From a virus (Duplodnaviria > Caudoviricetes), in the IMG/VR virus record IMGVR_UViG_3300045586_000001, positions 1 through 53,653 of that record: 53,653 bases of DNA; one strand, given 5' to 3'. The position numbers and the translations under genes were made by a program. Numbering within the stretch: the stretch's first letter is position 1; each line of letters opens with the position of its first letter. The notes under the pieces are model-generated. The model was not told the DNA's origin. It was given only the letters and a program-made list of their open reading frames with translations, and searched no databases. Shown here piece by piece: positions 19,501 to 29,177 of this stretch.

Positions 19501-22500
19501 GTAGATGCGTTTGATGGACAGGGTATCGGCAATACGTCTTCCGATGACTGGAATGCTTCGATCGATTCTTCTAAGAAAGAATTGCGTCCATTCTTCTCAC
19601 AGAAACAAGTAACTCTACTTGAAAACGTAAGTGCTACGACGAGAGCATACAAAGTTTCGGGTGACTTGGTGACGCTACCTTTCACTGAAGTTGATATGAT
19701 TAGTCAGCTCAAAGCTTCAATGTCTGAGAACTTGAATCCATATGCGCTGTACAGCTGGAAAGGTATTGTCGACATCAATCCATGGTCTGATACTTGGTTT
19801 TCTACTAGCTATCGTCCAGACATTGTCTTAAATGACGAGGGTCAATACAATGCTCTAGTTGCTAAAGCTACTGCTGATGGAGTATTGGGTACTGTGTGGA
19901 ACGCATGGCAAGTCGTATTCTCTTCTACTAAAGCTCTTAGTACGAGAATGGAAAATCTTGGCGCATGGTCTACTGCTAATACAGATATTCTTACATCAGC
20001 TAATAACGGTGGTTCATTCTGGCGTAATCGAAATACATTCACAGCAGAAGAACTAGACCTTATTGGTAATACTAACAGAAATGTCGGTAGTGCTCAAGCA
20101 AATGCTGTCGCTGGGTCTCGTGTACTTACAATCGAAACTAGTGCAACTGAAACTACATCTTCAAAAACTGGTACTAGAACATTCATCACTGATAAGATAG
20201 ATTCACGCATAGCCGACGATAGAGTTGTAGATACACAGGTTGTACCTTACATCCGTCCACGTGCTGTATTGTTCACTGGCTATGGGTTTAAACCTACCAC
20301 TAACATGTATGGTTTCTTCGACAATACTTATGTCAATGATTACATTACTGGTGCGACTAGACTAGAAATCACTGCTATCACTGGATACAGTCAGACATTT
20401 GACGTGACAAGAAACGCTGGATCTGCAGTTGCTAACGTTGAAAGAACAGTGTTCTATTCAGACGGTGCATCTATAGACGGTACTGTAACTCTTACAAATG
20501 GAAGTGCAACTGTAGTCGGACTCGCAACTGCATTCACTCAACAAGTAGACGTCGGTGACATCTTAAACACTGGAACTGCTGTTAAGTATAAAGTAACTGC
20601 GATCACTGATAACTATACACTAACAATTAGTCCAGCATACAATGCTACTACTGCTAGTGGCGCTAGCGTTAAAGTTATTGGAACTAGACACACTACACAA
20701 GAAGTAGAAGTTGCGTTTAACCACGGCGAAGTTATTAAAGAATATGTCGGCGGGACAGCTACTGGAAACACTGCGATCGTTGTCGGTCAAGAAGTGTCTG
20801 GAAGCAAGTTCTACATTTATGTAATGAACATTAAAGGCAATGGCCAGTTCTCTACTGCAGCAAATGCATATTTAGAAGGCGAATATCTAATCGCAGGTGT
20901 AAAACCTAGAACTAAATTTGTCGCTAGAACTGACTTCACAAATCTTACTACTACGGAAAGTGGTCTATTACTAGGATTGTTTAGAATTCCAAGTAATCCT
21001 CAGATGAAATTTAGAACTGGAACTCGTGAATTACGATTCTCAGATGACATTTCCACTACACCTGGAATTAGAGCATCTCGCGAATCTACGAGTGGCGGTG
21101 CTTTCTACGAAGCAAATGGTCTGATTGAAATCAAACAACGTACAATTATTGCAACTAGAACTGCGTCATTAGTTTCTACACAGGTATCTGACAACAATAC
21201 TATCGTGACGACAAACGACAGAGCTACTAGAGACACTGGTTGGTTCGACCCTCTTGCACAAACGTTTATGGTACAACAAGAAGGTGGCGCATTCATCACT
21301 TCAGTTGATCTATACTTTGCTAGCGCGGACACTAAAGTTCCAGTTCGTATTGAAATCCGTGAAGTTGTTAATGGTTATCCTGGTAGTGCAGTACTTCCAT
21401 TCTCGCGCGTGGAAAGAAAAGGTTCAAGTATTGTGACAAGTGCTACTGGCACTGTAGCTAGTACGTTTGCATTCACTTCTCCTGTCTTCTTACAGAACGG
21501 AGTCGAATATGCACTAGTAGCACTATCTGATTCTAACAACTTTAAGATTCACATTGCACAAACTGATACTATTGGATATGATGGCGTTAGAATCAGTTCA
21601 CAACCATATAATGGAGTTTTATTCAAGTCTCAGAATGCGTCTACGTGGACTGCTGATCAAACTCAGGATATGAAATTTGTTATTCGCCGTGCTAAATTTG
21701 CACAATCTCCAGTGACTATCGAATTAGTTCCACCTAAACTTGGATATACGAATTTAGGATTCAATCCATTTAATCTTATTGCTGGAAGCAAGAAGTGCAG
21801 AGTGCTTCATCCTAATCACGGATTTGTTGTTGGAGAATTAGCTAAGTTTAAGACACGTCAGATCGTTACTAGCATTAATGGCATTGCTGCTGCTAATATC
21901 TTTGATATTAACTTACCTATTCTTTCTGCAGAATTAGATGCATATGTAGTTGAATTTACAGGTTCTGTAGTTTCTACCGCTACCGGTGCAGTTGGTGGCG
22001 GGTATATTACTGCCGCCGAAAACTTCGAGTTTGAAACTTCAATGATTGAAATTGCTGAAGTTGTGCCACCAGGTACTTCTATTTCATATCAGACTAAAGT
22101 CATCAACCACGCAGATATTGTTTCTACATATGATATGATTCCTAAACAGAATACTACATTCGAAGAAGTAAAAGTATATCCTTCAGAAAACAACTACATC
22201 AGCACATCGTTTCCAACAGGTCTAAGTGTTGTCGCTACATTGAATCCTTCTTCAACACTAGATTCTATATCTCCTGTGATTGACTTGGGTAGACTAGCAA
22301 TGACAATGGTTAGCAACAAGATTGATAGTCCAGATCTAAGCATAAATGATGCAACTCTAGACTATTTTGTTATTGCAACTGCTACTGAGATTGGAGCTGC
22401 AAAACCATTCCAATTAGTTGATCTTAGCGGTGATACTGTTTTAGATACGTTAGTAGTTAATTCTTTAACTCAATCGACATTGTATAATCACTTAAATAAT

Positions 22501-23064
22501 AATTTAAATGCAGGTGATGTTCTACAGTTCATGTACAGTGGTGTCGTAGGTGCTGCTAAGAATATGACAATTGTAAATAAGAGTCAAGATTCTATTGGTA
22601 ACCTATATTTCACTCTTGAAGCATTCAATGGAAGCGATGTTCTCACAGAAACAACGACAGGTACTACGGTTTCTATCTGGTGGTTATCGCACTACAAATC
22701 AGAATATTCTGCGAACGGAAGTTCAAGTCATAGCAAATACGTAACTAAGAAGATTAACTTCTCACGCCCATCAGACATGTTAAAGATCATGTTTGCTGCT
22801 ATCGTTCCTAATGATGCAGAAGTTGAAATCTATTATAAGACTGGTATGAGCGTATCTGGAGACTTTATTGCCTCACGATATTTTAAAGCAGTTCCTAAAT
22901 CTGGATACACAAAATCTGAAACTGAATTCAGCGATATCACAGCTGATGTAGAAAACTTAGAACCATTTGATAGCGTGATTATTAAGCTTGTCATGAAGTC
23001 CATAAATAAATCTAAAGTACCTCGTATTAAAAACTTTAGAGTAATTTCATGCGCAGCGGCGTAA
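16579..23064 (+). CDS. Large virion structural protein, DUF4815/VrlC-like
   Basis: PFFDDY..KKFHRILFRPGYAVQARELTQMQT, APGAARY, LARRTYDESGDY, RYTMRDIGKLERRV..LEYY, DPLAQTF and SQNASTWT motifs. Confidence 0.85.
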   Translation: MALDFSIEPFFDDYSEDKKFHRILFRPGYAVQARELTQMQTILQEQIRRHGDHIFKEGSMVIPGQISYDLALSYVKLTFAVGSTPTTILTSLVGREIVNSAGLIAKVITYTAQTDTDPNTIFVKYLNSVQDVAGNNISVFSPTDVLTPVDGTSGLDVTIADAVVGATPPIGLGCSATIQRGVYYIKKNFVLVTDQTIVLDKYTNIPSYRVGLQLSESIVYPEDDESLLDNALGTPNYSAPGAARYYIDLVLSTKSLATTEDAEFIELLRLNTGKVLFKIDRTQYAELNKTLARRTYDESGDYALSPFNMATLDFRNNLRGDWAASEKFIQGDLIKVPDGATGFYYFVAVTSGISGTTRPSGNNSFSPIRDSITDNDITWEYAIYPDFNRGVNTFTAGASEYAAFTINDHIRLNGMLSVSVEAGKAYVRGYEIEKVATEYVPIFKSRKLPEGSVALCTYFNVSSLPATTESVSVVNTTSIDLSSGAYVTCTDVKYLPDVTTFAKVNLHSVTYATAAAGNIIGTARIRGIERHPTTVNAYNVFLFDIVMNAKKDFTNVKSFYTVATAFSANAIQEASLTVLNNPSANGTSLIYQLPAYAVESVTEVDYTVVVPFTRSSNSGTTWEIDAASGYSFESVTSALTNYIVTNNATGAVVTPTLASTGSKLTLSGLTTGVNYSVLATMKRANVANGQTNFTVTDATPLQLTGAAFAQATTITLEQPFVTRIVSILMDNRGFTVSGAANTSPVYNTDITNRYTFNAGQETSQATKSSITRTASSAMPTGPIIIKYEYLALGATNPSGFLDVNSYIWGVGSKITYDQIFSVSNYSLRDCIDFRPIASSTNFIAKYLPKYGTTASIKYTHYLERIDCISLSTEGYYIVSKGIPSTSAFEPKHPNSTMKLASVSVEPYTFYRGEIMGAVISKTENKRYTMRDIGKLERRVQDLEYYTALSLSEMDTKNMRIVDANGFDRFQNGFLVDAFDGQGIGNTSSDDWNASIDSSKKELRPFFSQKQVTLLENVSATTRAYKVSGDLVTLPFTEVDMISQLKASMSENLNPYALYSWKGIVDINPWSDTWFSTSYRPDIVLNDEGQYNALVAKATADGVLGTVWNAWQVVFSSTKALSTRMENLGAWSTANTDILTSANNGGSFWRNRNTFTAEELDLIGNTNRNVGSAQANAVAGSRVLTIETSATETTSSKTGTRTFITDKIDSRIADDRVVDTQVVPYIRPRAVLFTGYGFKPTTNMYGFFDNTYVNDYITGATRLEITAITGYSQTFDVTRNAGSAVANVERTVFYSDGASIDGTVTLTNGSATVVGLATAFTQQVDVGDILNTGTAVKYKVTAITDNYTLTISPAYNATTASGASVKVIGTRHTTQEVEVAFNHGEVIKEYVGGTATGNTAIVVGQEVSGSKFYIYVMNIKGNGQFSTAANAYLEGEYLIAGVKPRTKFVARTDFTNLTTTESGLLLGLFRIPSNPQMKFRTGTRELRFSDDISTTPGIRASRESTSGGAFYEANGLIEIKQRTIIATRTASLVSTQVSDNNTIVTTNDRATRDTGWFDPLAQTFMVQQEGGAFITSVDLYFASADTKVPVRIEIREVVNGYPGSAVLPFSRVERKGSSIVTSATGTVASTFAFTSPVFLQNGVEYALVALSDSNNFKIHIAQTDTIGYDGVRISSQPYNGVLFKSQNASTWTADQTQDMKFVIRRAKFAQSPVTIELVPPKLGYTNLGFNPFNLIAGSKKCRVLHPNHGFVVGELAKFKTRQIVTSINGIAAANIFDINLPILSAELDAYVVEFTGSVVSTATGAVGGGYITAAENFEFETSMIEIAEVVPPGTSISYQTKVINHADIVSTYDMIPKQNTTFEEVKVYPSENNYISTSFPTGLSVVATLNPSSTLDSISPVIDLGRLAMTMVSNKIDSPDLSINDATLDYFVIATATEIGAAKPFQLVDLSGDTVLDTLVVNSLTQSTLYNHLNNNLNAGDVLQFMYSGVVGAAKNMTIVNKSQDSIGNLYFTLEAFNGSDVLTETTTGTTVSIWWLSHYKSEYSANGSSSHSKYVTKKINFSRPSDMLKIMFAAIVPNDAEVEIYYKTGMSVSGDFIASRYFKAVPKSGYTKSETEFSDITADVENLEPFDSVIIKLVMKSINKSKVPRIKNFRVISCAAA

Positions 23065-23291
23065 TTCCACAATTTGCAAAAGTAGAAGGACATGCCTCTC
23101 TTGTGAGAGACACGTCCTCTCATGCTATTATATGCGATAATGATGACGAATATCAGGCATATCGAAGAAGAAATGATATTGCAAAAAATCATGCAAAAAT
23201 AGTGTTAGAGCAAAAAAATCAAATTGAATCTCTAAAATCTGAAGTAGAAGAAATAAAGCAAATGTTAATCCAGATCCTTAAAGGGAAATAA
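23049..23291 (+). CDS. Small coiled-coil hypothetical protein following the DUF4815 gene
   Basis: KVEGHASLVRD..SHAII and a C-terminal heptad LKSEVEEIKQML. Confidence 0.7.
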   Translation: MRSGVIPQFAKVEGHASLVRDTSSHAIICDNDDEYQAYRRRNDIAKNHAKIVLEQKNQIESLKSEVEEIKQMLIQILKGK

Positions 23292-23294
23292 TCA

Positions 23295-24833
23295 ATGGCA
23301 ACCATATTAACGCAAGTTAGAGCGTCTACGCTTGAAAACGTAACACTAACAACTAATCTCGCATTAGGCACTGCCAAAATTGACGGTGTCTTAATAGTAT
23401 CTGGAAACAGAATTCTTGTAAAAGCTCAGACTAATAGAATTGAAAATGGTATCTATTTGATCAGTGTAGCAGGAGCTTGGTCAAGAGCGAGTGACTTCGC
23501 GACTAGTTCTTCACAAACACCAGGCACAATTGTTTTCGTTCAAGAAGGCGATACTCTAGCAGACACCGGGTGGGTAGTAAGTTCAGATGGTACACTAATA
23601 GTTGGTACTAATCCTATACAGTTTGAAAAGTTTACTATAAATCTTAAGTTGTCTGGAGCAAGTGTTCCTTCATCTATGATTCTTCGTGAAGAAAAGGGTT
23701 ATCCTTTAACGATTCAAGAATTAGATAATAACTTCAAATATCTCTCAGTTTCACTTACTGAGAAATTAAACACTGTTGATTTTACTGCTGTCGCGATAAG
23801 AGACAAAATTAATACGCTGACAGCCGGTGTTGCTAATTTAAATGCTTGGAAGTTAAATGGCTATCTACCATCTGAAGCCTCGTCAGTTAGCACGATAGTT
23901 GCTCGCGATGCTAATAGTGGTATCACTTCAGTTTCTTTTCACGGTGCTCTAGATGGAAACGCAACTACAGCCACTCTTGCTGATTATGCTACTCTTGCAA
24001 ATAACGTTGATGGTATTGTTCTAGTTGCTAATGGAGGCACTGGAGCAATTGATGACGTAGGAGCACGAAATAACTTAGGTGCAGTAGCATTAATAGGTGA
24101 TACTATGTCTGGTAAATTAGTTTTTGCTGCAGCTACTGCGAGTAGTGCATCATTAACAATTCCACCAAAAACAGCATCTGTCATAGCACCAGCTAATGGC
24201 GATGTATGGACTGACACGAATAACGTATTTTATAGACTAAATTCTGTCACACAAACTGTGGCGCCTTTAGATTCTCCAATCTTTGTTGGTGCGCCTCGCG
24301 CTCCTACTGCTACTAATGATAGCACCAGCACTGCAATAGCAACAACTGCGTTTGTAAAGAATATCAAAGTGTTGACAGATGCTGACATTGCACTTAAAGC
24401 TCCATTAGCATCGCCTGCTCTTACTGGCACTCCATCATCAATAACACCTGCAACGACAGACAACAGTACTAAGATTGCAACTACTGCATACACTGTTTCA
24501 AAAATTGGCGCAGTTATTGCAGAATATACTACTACAACCGGAATGAATTCGGCAATTGCCACAGCGTTGACGTCATACAGTACTACAACCGGAATGAATT
24601 CGGCAATTGCCACATCGTTAACTAGTTACACGACTACAACCGGAATGAATGTCATATTTGGTAACTATTACACTAAAGCGCAAACTGATACGATTGTCAG
24701 CAATGCGGTATCAGTTAAAGCTGCTACTACATACGTGGATGGTCTACAAGATAAGTGGGGCAGTTCAAAGAAATATGTTCAATCCACTGCTCCAAGCTCA
24801 CCATCGGAAGGTGACTTCTGGTTTAAGGTATAA
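23295..24833 (+). CDS. Tail fibre-like protein
   Basis: GNRILVKAQT..ENGIY..WSRASD head; two SP.(F/L).G.P..(P/I)T...DxST.IATTA fibre repeats; C-terminal STAPSSPSEGDFW. Confidence 0.7.
   Translation: MATILTQVRASTLENVTLTTNLALGTAKIDGVLIVSGNRILVKAQTNRIENGIYLISVAGAWSRASDFATSSSQTPGTIVFVQEGDTLADTGWVVSSDGTLIVGTNPIQFEKFTINLKLSGASVPSSMILREEKGYPLTIQELDNNFKYLSVSLTEKLNTVDFTAVAIRDKINTLTAGVANLNAWKLNGYLPSEASSVSTIVARDANSGITSVSFHGALDGNATTATLADYATLANNVDGIVLVANGGTGAIDDVGARNNLGAVALIGDTMSGKLVFAAATASSASLTIPPKTASVIAPANGDVWTDTNNVFYRLNSVTQTVAPLDSPIFVGAPRAPTATNDSTSTAIATTAFVKNIKVLTDADIALKAPLASPALTGTPSSITPATTDNSTKIATTAYTVSKIGAVIAEYTTTTGMNSAIATALTSYSTTTGMNSAIATSLTSYTTTTGMNVIFGNYYTKAQTDTIVSNAVSVKAATTYVDGLQDKWGSSKKYVQSTAPSSPSEGDFWFKV
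24530..24650 (+). repeat. 51-nt coding tandem repeat (17 aa, YxTTTGMNSAIATxLTS), about 2.4 copies
   Basis: ACTACAACCGGAATGAAT at 24531, 24582 and 24633; 34 nt identical between the first two copies. Confidence 0.9.
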
Positions 24834-24836
24834 TCC

Positions 24837-26021
24837 ATGTTAGAATTTCAATACGATGGTGATATAAAAGCAATCACAGCTACTACTAGTTGCGCTGTAG
24901 ACTATGCTATCGTTGGTGGCGGAGGTGGCGGAGGTGGCAATGATTCCCATCCTGGTAGCTCTGGAATAAATGGTGACATTGTAACTGGACGTATATATCT
25001 CGACGCAGGTGAAACGATCTATTGTCTAGTCGCTAGCGCAGGCGCTGCAGGTGCTAGTGGAGCTCACGGTTATGGAGGTGGGCTCGGTGGCTACGCTCTT
25101 GATACTTTTTCTGGTGGCACTGGTGGTAATGCTGGACCAAGTGGAGGGTCGGGTTCGGGAGGCGGAGGCGGAGGCGCTACGACACTTTGGAAGCTAGTTA
25201 ACAATACTAAACAATTCATCGCTATAGCAGCAGGAGGCGGTGGCGGCGGTGGAGGCGGCAATCGCGGCGGCGCTAATGGATATATCAAATCATATGTGAC
25301 TTATGGTAACGCCCCTAATGAGTTATCACATAAAGGTAGAGGCGGTCTAGGTCAACATCATCAAGGTGATGGTGGCGGTCCTGGCGGCGGCGGTGGTGGT
25401 TTCTTTGGTGGCATGGGTGGAACTCAGCCTGCTGGAGATCAAGGCGCCATGTCTGGCTCTATTGGTTATTCGTATAATGCTTTGCTAAATGGATCTTATT
25501 CGTGGGATCCTACTTCGACTATCTTTACGACAGCTGGAAAAGGTGGCGTTGCAACTTCTTCTGGCGTTGACGGATACGCAGCATTTGTTTCTACTCAAAC
25601 TGATCTAAAAATACTTCAGTCTGGATCTTGGAATAATGCTAACGCTATTTCGGTTAGACAAAATAATGCTTGGACTAAAGTCACAGACGCGTATACACGA
25701 ATAAATGGCGCTTGGGTTAGAGTGTTCGGCGATAACGTTCCTACCTATGTTTCTATAGCAGCTGGCGTAAGTTTAAATAATACTACTGGCGCTATGGTGC
25801 CGTATCCACCTGCTGAGATAGTATATAATACGTATCAGTCGCCGGATAGAGGTGGTGATAGAGGCGGTTGGAGTCCTTCGGATTCTGGTGGTAAGCCAGG
25901 AGAATCTAATCAGTCTAACGCTGCAGCTGGACTTGGTAATGCACCAGCTGGTCAAGGCGAAGGGACCAGTCCTGGTGGTGACGGCGGCGACGGTGGCGAC
26001 GGTGGCGCTGGTCCACAGTAA
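24837..26021 (+). CDS. Glycine-rich putative adhesin/fibre-tip protein
   Basis: Several G5-G8 runs, then a Trp-spaced motif (GSW..NAW..GAW) and an acidic Gly-rich tail. Confidence 0.6.
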   Translation: MLEFQYDGDIKAITATTSCAVDYAIVGGGGGGGGNDSHPGSSGINGDIVTGRIYLDAGETIYCLVASAGAAGASGAHGYGGGLGGYALDTFSGGTGGNAGPSGGSGSGGGGGGATTLWKLVNNTKQFIAIAAGGGGGGGGGNRGGANGYIKSYVTYGNAPNELSHKGRGGLGQHHQGDGGGPGGGGGGFFGGMGGTQPAGDQGAMSGSIGYSYNALLNGSYSWDPTSTIFTTAGKGGVATSSGVDGYAAFVSTQTDLKILQSGSWNNANAISVRQNNAWTKVTDAYTRINGAWVRVFGDNVPTYVSIAAGVSLNNTTGAMVPYPPAEIVYNTYQSPDRGGDRGGWSPSDSGGKPGESNQSNAAAGLGNAPAGQGEGTSPGGDGGDGGDGGAGPQ

Positions 26022-26035
26022 CATAGTACGAATGT

Positions 26036-26043
26036 AATAAATA
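26036..26043 (+). promoter_or_regulatory. Late promoter variant
   Basis: Intergenic AATAAATA before ORF 26071. Confidence 0.5.
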
Positions 26044-26070
26044 CAAGAATAACTCAATAAAGACATAGAC

Positions 26071-29000
26071 ATGGCAAATTTAACCTATAGAGCTTCTAGT
26101 CCAGCTGCTCCTGCTAGTACTACGACTAAGACAACCGGTTTGACTAATGCTGACGTTGATGGCAACTTTAAGTCGTTAGATGACGCCAAGTACGAAAAGT
26201 CTGGTGGTACAATATCTGGTAACTTAACAGTTACTGGAAGTTCTAGTCTAACCAGTTTAACTGTAACTAATACTATCACGGGTTCTGTTAGTGGAAACGC
26301 TGCAACAGTAACTACTAACGCAAACTTAACAGGCGATGTAACATCTATTGGCAATGCCACTACATACACTACTGTTGGAACTGCTAAGGGTGGTACGAAT
26401 ATTACATCCTATGCGGCTGGTGACGTATTATATGCATCAGCTGCTAATACTTTATCGAAGTTAGCTAAAGGTAGTGATGGACAAGTTCTTAAGCTATCTG
26501 GCGGGTTTCCTGCATGGGGAACTGATAATGACACCACATATAACATCGGTGATGGCGCACTAACAGTTGCATCCTCAGCTGCAGCAACTAACGTTGCTAT
26601 CACACTAGCATTAAGTGGAGCATATAGTGCTAATACAGCTACAGCAAGATCGTTGGATTTTAAAGTAGGTCCAGCACTAACTAATCTTGCAACGCTGATG
26701 ACTACATCAACCGCTGGTTTTATTAGACGAAGTGGCCAAGATAGCTATTCAGTTGATACTTCTACGTATTCATTGTCATCGCATGGTCACTACATAGGTA
26801 CCACGGCTGTACAAGCATCTTCAGCAGATCAATCGCTGGGTGGCATCTTATCGGTAACCGGCGGTGTTGCATCAAACTTCACGCTAAAAACTGCTGACGT
26901 AGCAAGTGCTGCTACAGGAATCTTATATATCAAGAGTGGTGACGTCACTGCTGGAAACGCTTCGTCTGGCGCAATTTCATTAAATTCCGGTAATGGATTT
27001 GGAACACAAGCTGCTGGTTCAGTGTCAATTTATTCTGGAAACGGCGGACTAACGTCAGCTACTGGTGGTGGCGTTAGTATCCAAGGTGGTGGTTCTAGAG
27101 CTGCTACTTCAACTGGTGGCAGCGTTACTATATGGGGCGGATCCGCTCTATCTACTGCTACAACTGCAGCTACTGGTGGCAGCGTCTTTATCTTCGGTGG
27201 TAGAACGTATAACGCATCTGGAACAAAGGCCGGTGGCAACGTCTATATTGACGGCGGTATCGATGCTTCAACTGGATCGCAGTACGCAACTACTGCCGGA
27301 ACTGTTAACATCGGCAATAATGCTAGCGGATACGGTGGTGCTGGTACATCGGCAGTCAATATTGGAAGTACTTCTGCGACTACAACTATTGCTGGTATAA
27401 TCAAACTTCCAACTGTTGGAACATCTGGTTTGGTTAAGCTTGGCGCAGGTGGTCAATTATCTGCAGACACTACTACGTATGCTACTGGAACTGGAACTGC
27501 TTCTGGTACTAACACCGGTGATCAGACAATACCGACTACATTGCCAAATGCTAATGCAGTTACGTTTACATCGAGCGGTGGAGCTGCTGCTGGTTCTACT
27601 TACACTGGTGCTGCAGTATTAACAGTAGACTATTCGACAGTTGGAGCCGCAGCTTCTGGTCACACGCACAGTTATCAGGCTGCAGACGGCGACTTGTTAG
27701 CAATTGGTGGTTTGACCGGAACAAGCGGCTTTTTAAAGAAGACTGCTGCAGACACTTGGACACTAGACACCGCTACATATTTAACCACGTATACTGACAC
27801 TACTTACAGTGCTATAACTGCTGCTGAGATTACAGCAGGTACGGCGACAACTTTAAGAACTATCACTGGAGCTACAGCGAAACTTATAGCTGATAGAAAC
27901 GCAGCAGATACTGCGCCATCAGCTCATGGTACTGCAGCTACTGGAACTAGTTTAAAATATGCACGTCAAGATCACGTTCATGCTAGCGATAATACTAATA
28001 CTACATATTCTAATGGCACTGGTTTAGCATTAACTGGAACTGTATTCAGCGTAAACTACGGGACTACGTCGACTACTTCTTGTGTTGGTAACGACGCTAG
28101 ATTATCAAATGCTCGTGAAGCAAGCGGCGGAACTGCAACTAATGCAAACAACGTATATGTTACGCAAACTGACAACACTACTAATTATGATTATTCGTTA
28201 CTGTTAACTGCTGGTGCAACTCAAAATATATCACTACGAGCAGATATTACTGGTGGACCTACGTACAATCCTCTAAGAAATGCACTTTGTCTTGATGGAT
28301 TTGCATCACACGTTTGGGCGTATCCAGCTCTTCAACTTGGAAGAGATTGGAGTATAGCTCAAGATGCGTATGGATATTCATTTGCTGCAGGCTGTAAAGC
28401 AACTTCAGCAAGTGCATGGACTGGAACTGGCAATTTTTCTAAAGCGATGCGATTTACTTTAGATGCAAACTATGGCACTTTCTACTGGTATGTTAAACCA
28501 ACCGACACGGCGAATACTACTACAGCAATAACATTTAGAACAGCAATGTCATTAGACATTGATGGAAACTTAAATACTTTTGGCACTGTATCTGGATCTA
28601 ACTTATCAGGAACAAACACAGGCGACCAGACACTACCAACTACACTTCCGCATAATGGTACTGCGTTAAGCGCGACTACTGGAACATTTAGTGGTGACAT
28701 TAATGTTGGCAATGGCGCTGCGTCTTCTTCTATTAATATGGGTGACTCAGATGAAGGCGGTCGTACAATACATTGCAATAGCAATAGAATTGGTTTCTTA
28801 AGTCAAGCTGGTGGTTGGGGTTCATACTGCAATGATGATGGTAGTTGGACTTCGGAAAGCAATATCACTGCGTACTCTGATATTAAATTAAAAGAGAATA
28901 TCACGACTATCGATTCTGCTCTAGATAAAACTCTTAATTTGCGCGGTGTCTATTACACTCGTAAAGATAAAGAAGATAAGACTAGAAAAGTCGGCGTAAT

Positions 29001-29160
29001 TGCTCAAGAAATTCAAGAAGTATTACCAGAAGTAGTTAGATCAGATGATAGTGATACGCTTTCAGTCGACTATGGTAATATCACAGCACTATTGATTGAA
29101 GCAATTAAGGAATTAAATGCTAAAGTAGTAGATTTGCAAAATCAACTTGCTAATAAATAA
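26071..29160 (+). CDS. Tail fibre with C-terminal intramolecular chaperone (peptidase S74)
   Basis: Thr/Gly/Ala-rich fibre repeats; C-terminal YSDIKLKENI...GVIAQEIQEVLPEVV...VDYG...LIEAIKEL. Confidence 0.85.
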   Translation: MANLTYRASSPAAPASTTTKTTGLTNADVDGNFKSLDDAKYEKSGGTISGNLTVTGSSSLTSLTVTNTITGSVSGNAATVTTNANLTGDVTSIGNATTYTTVGTAKGGTNITSYAAGDVLYASAANTLSKLAKGSDGQVLKLSGGFPAWGTDNDTTYNIGDGALTVASSAAATNVAITLALSGAYSANTATARSLDFKVGPALTNLATLMTTSTAGFIRRSGQDSYSVDTSTYSLSSHGHYIGTTAVQASSADQSLGGILSVTGGVASNFTLKTADVASAATGILYIKSGDVTAGNASSGAISLNSGNGFGTQAAGSVSIYSGNGGLTSATGGGVSIQGGGSRAATSTGGSVTIWGGSALSTATTAATGGSVFIFGGRTYNASGTKAGGNVYIDGGIDASTGSQYATTAGTVNIGNNASGYGGAGTSAVNIGSTSATTTIAGIIKLPTVGTSGLVKLGAGGQLSADTTTYATGTGTASGTNTGDQTIPTTLPNANAVTFTSSGGAAAGSTYTGAAVLTVDYSTVGAAASGHTHSYQAADGDLLAIGGLTGTSGFLKKTAADTWTLDTATYLTTYTDTTYSAITAAEITAGTATTLRTITGATAKLIADRNAADTAPSAHGTAATGTSLKYARQDHVHASDNTNTTYSNGTGLALTGTVFSVNYGTTSTTSCVGNDARLSNAREASGGTATNANNVYVTQTDNTTNYDYSLLLTAGATQNISLRADITGGPTYNPLRNALCLDGFASHVWAYPALQLGRDWSIAQDAYGYSFAAGCKATSASAWTGTGNFSKAMRFTLDANYGTFYWYVKPTDTANTTTAITFRTAMSLDIDGNLNTFGTVSGSNLSGTNTGDQTLPTTLPHNGTALSATTGTFSGDINVGNGAASSSINMGDSDEGGRTIHCNSNRIGFLSQAGGWGSYCNDDGSWTSESNITAYSDIKLKENITTIDSALDKTLNLRGVYYTRKDKEDKTRKVGVIAQEIQEVLPEVVRSDDSDTLSVDYGNITALLIEAIKELNAKVVDLQNQLANK
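29152..29159 (+). promoter_or_regulatory. Late promoter variant
   Basis: AATAAATA at the fibre stop, followed by a GAGGA RBS for ORF 29178. Confidence 0.5.
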
Positions 29161-29177
29161 AGCAAGAGGAATAATAA

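Noticed and set aside
23001-23008. CATAAATA as a late promoter for ORFs 23049/23295
   Set aside because: One-mismatch box inside coding sequence (SINK); plausible but not distinguishable from chance.
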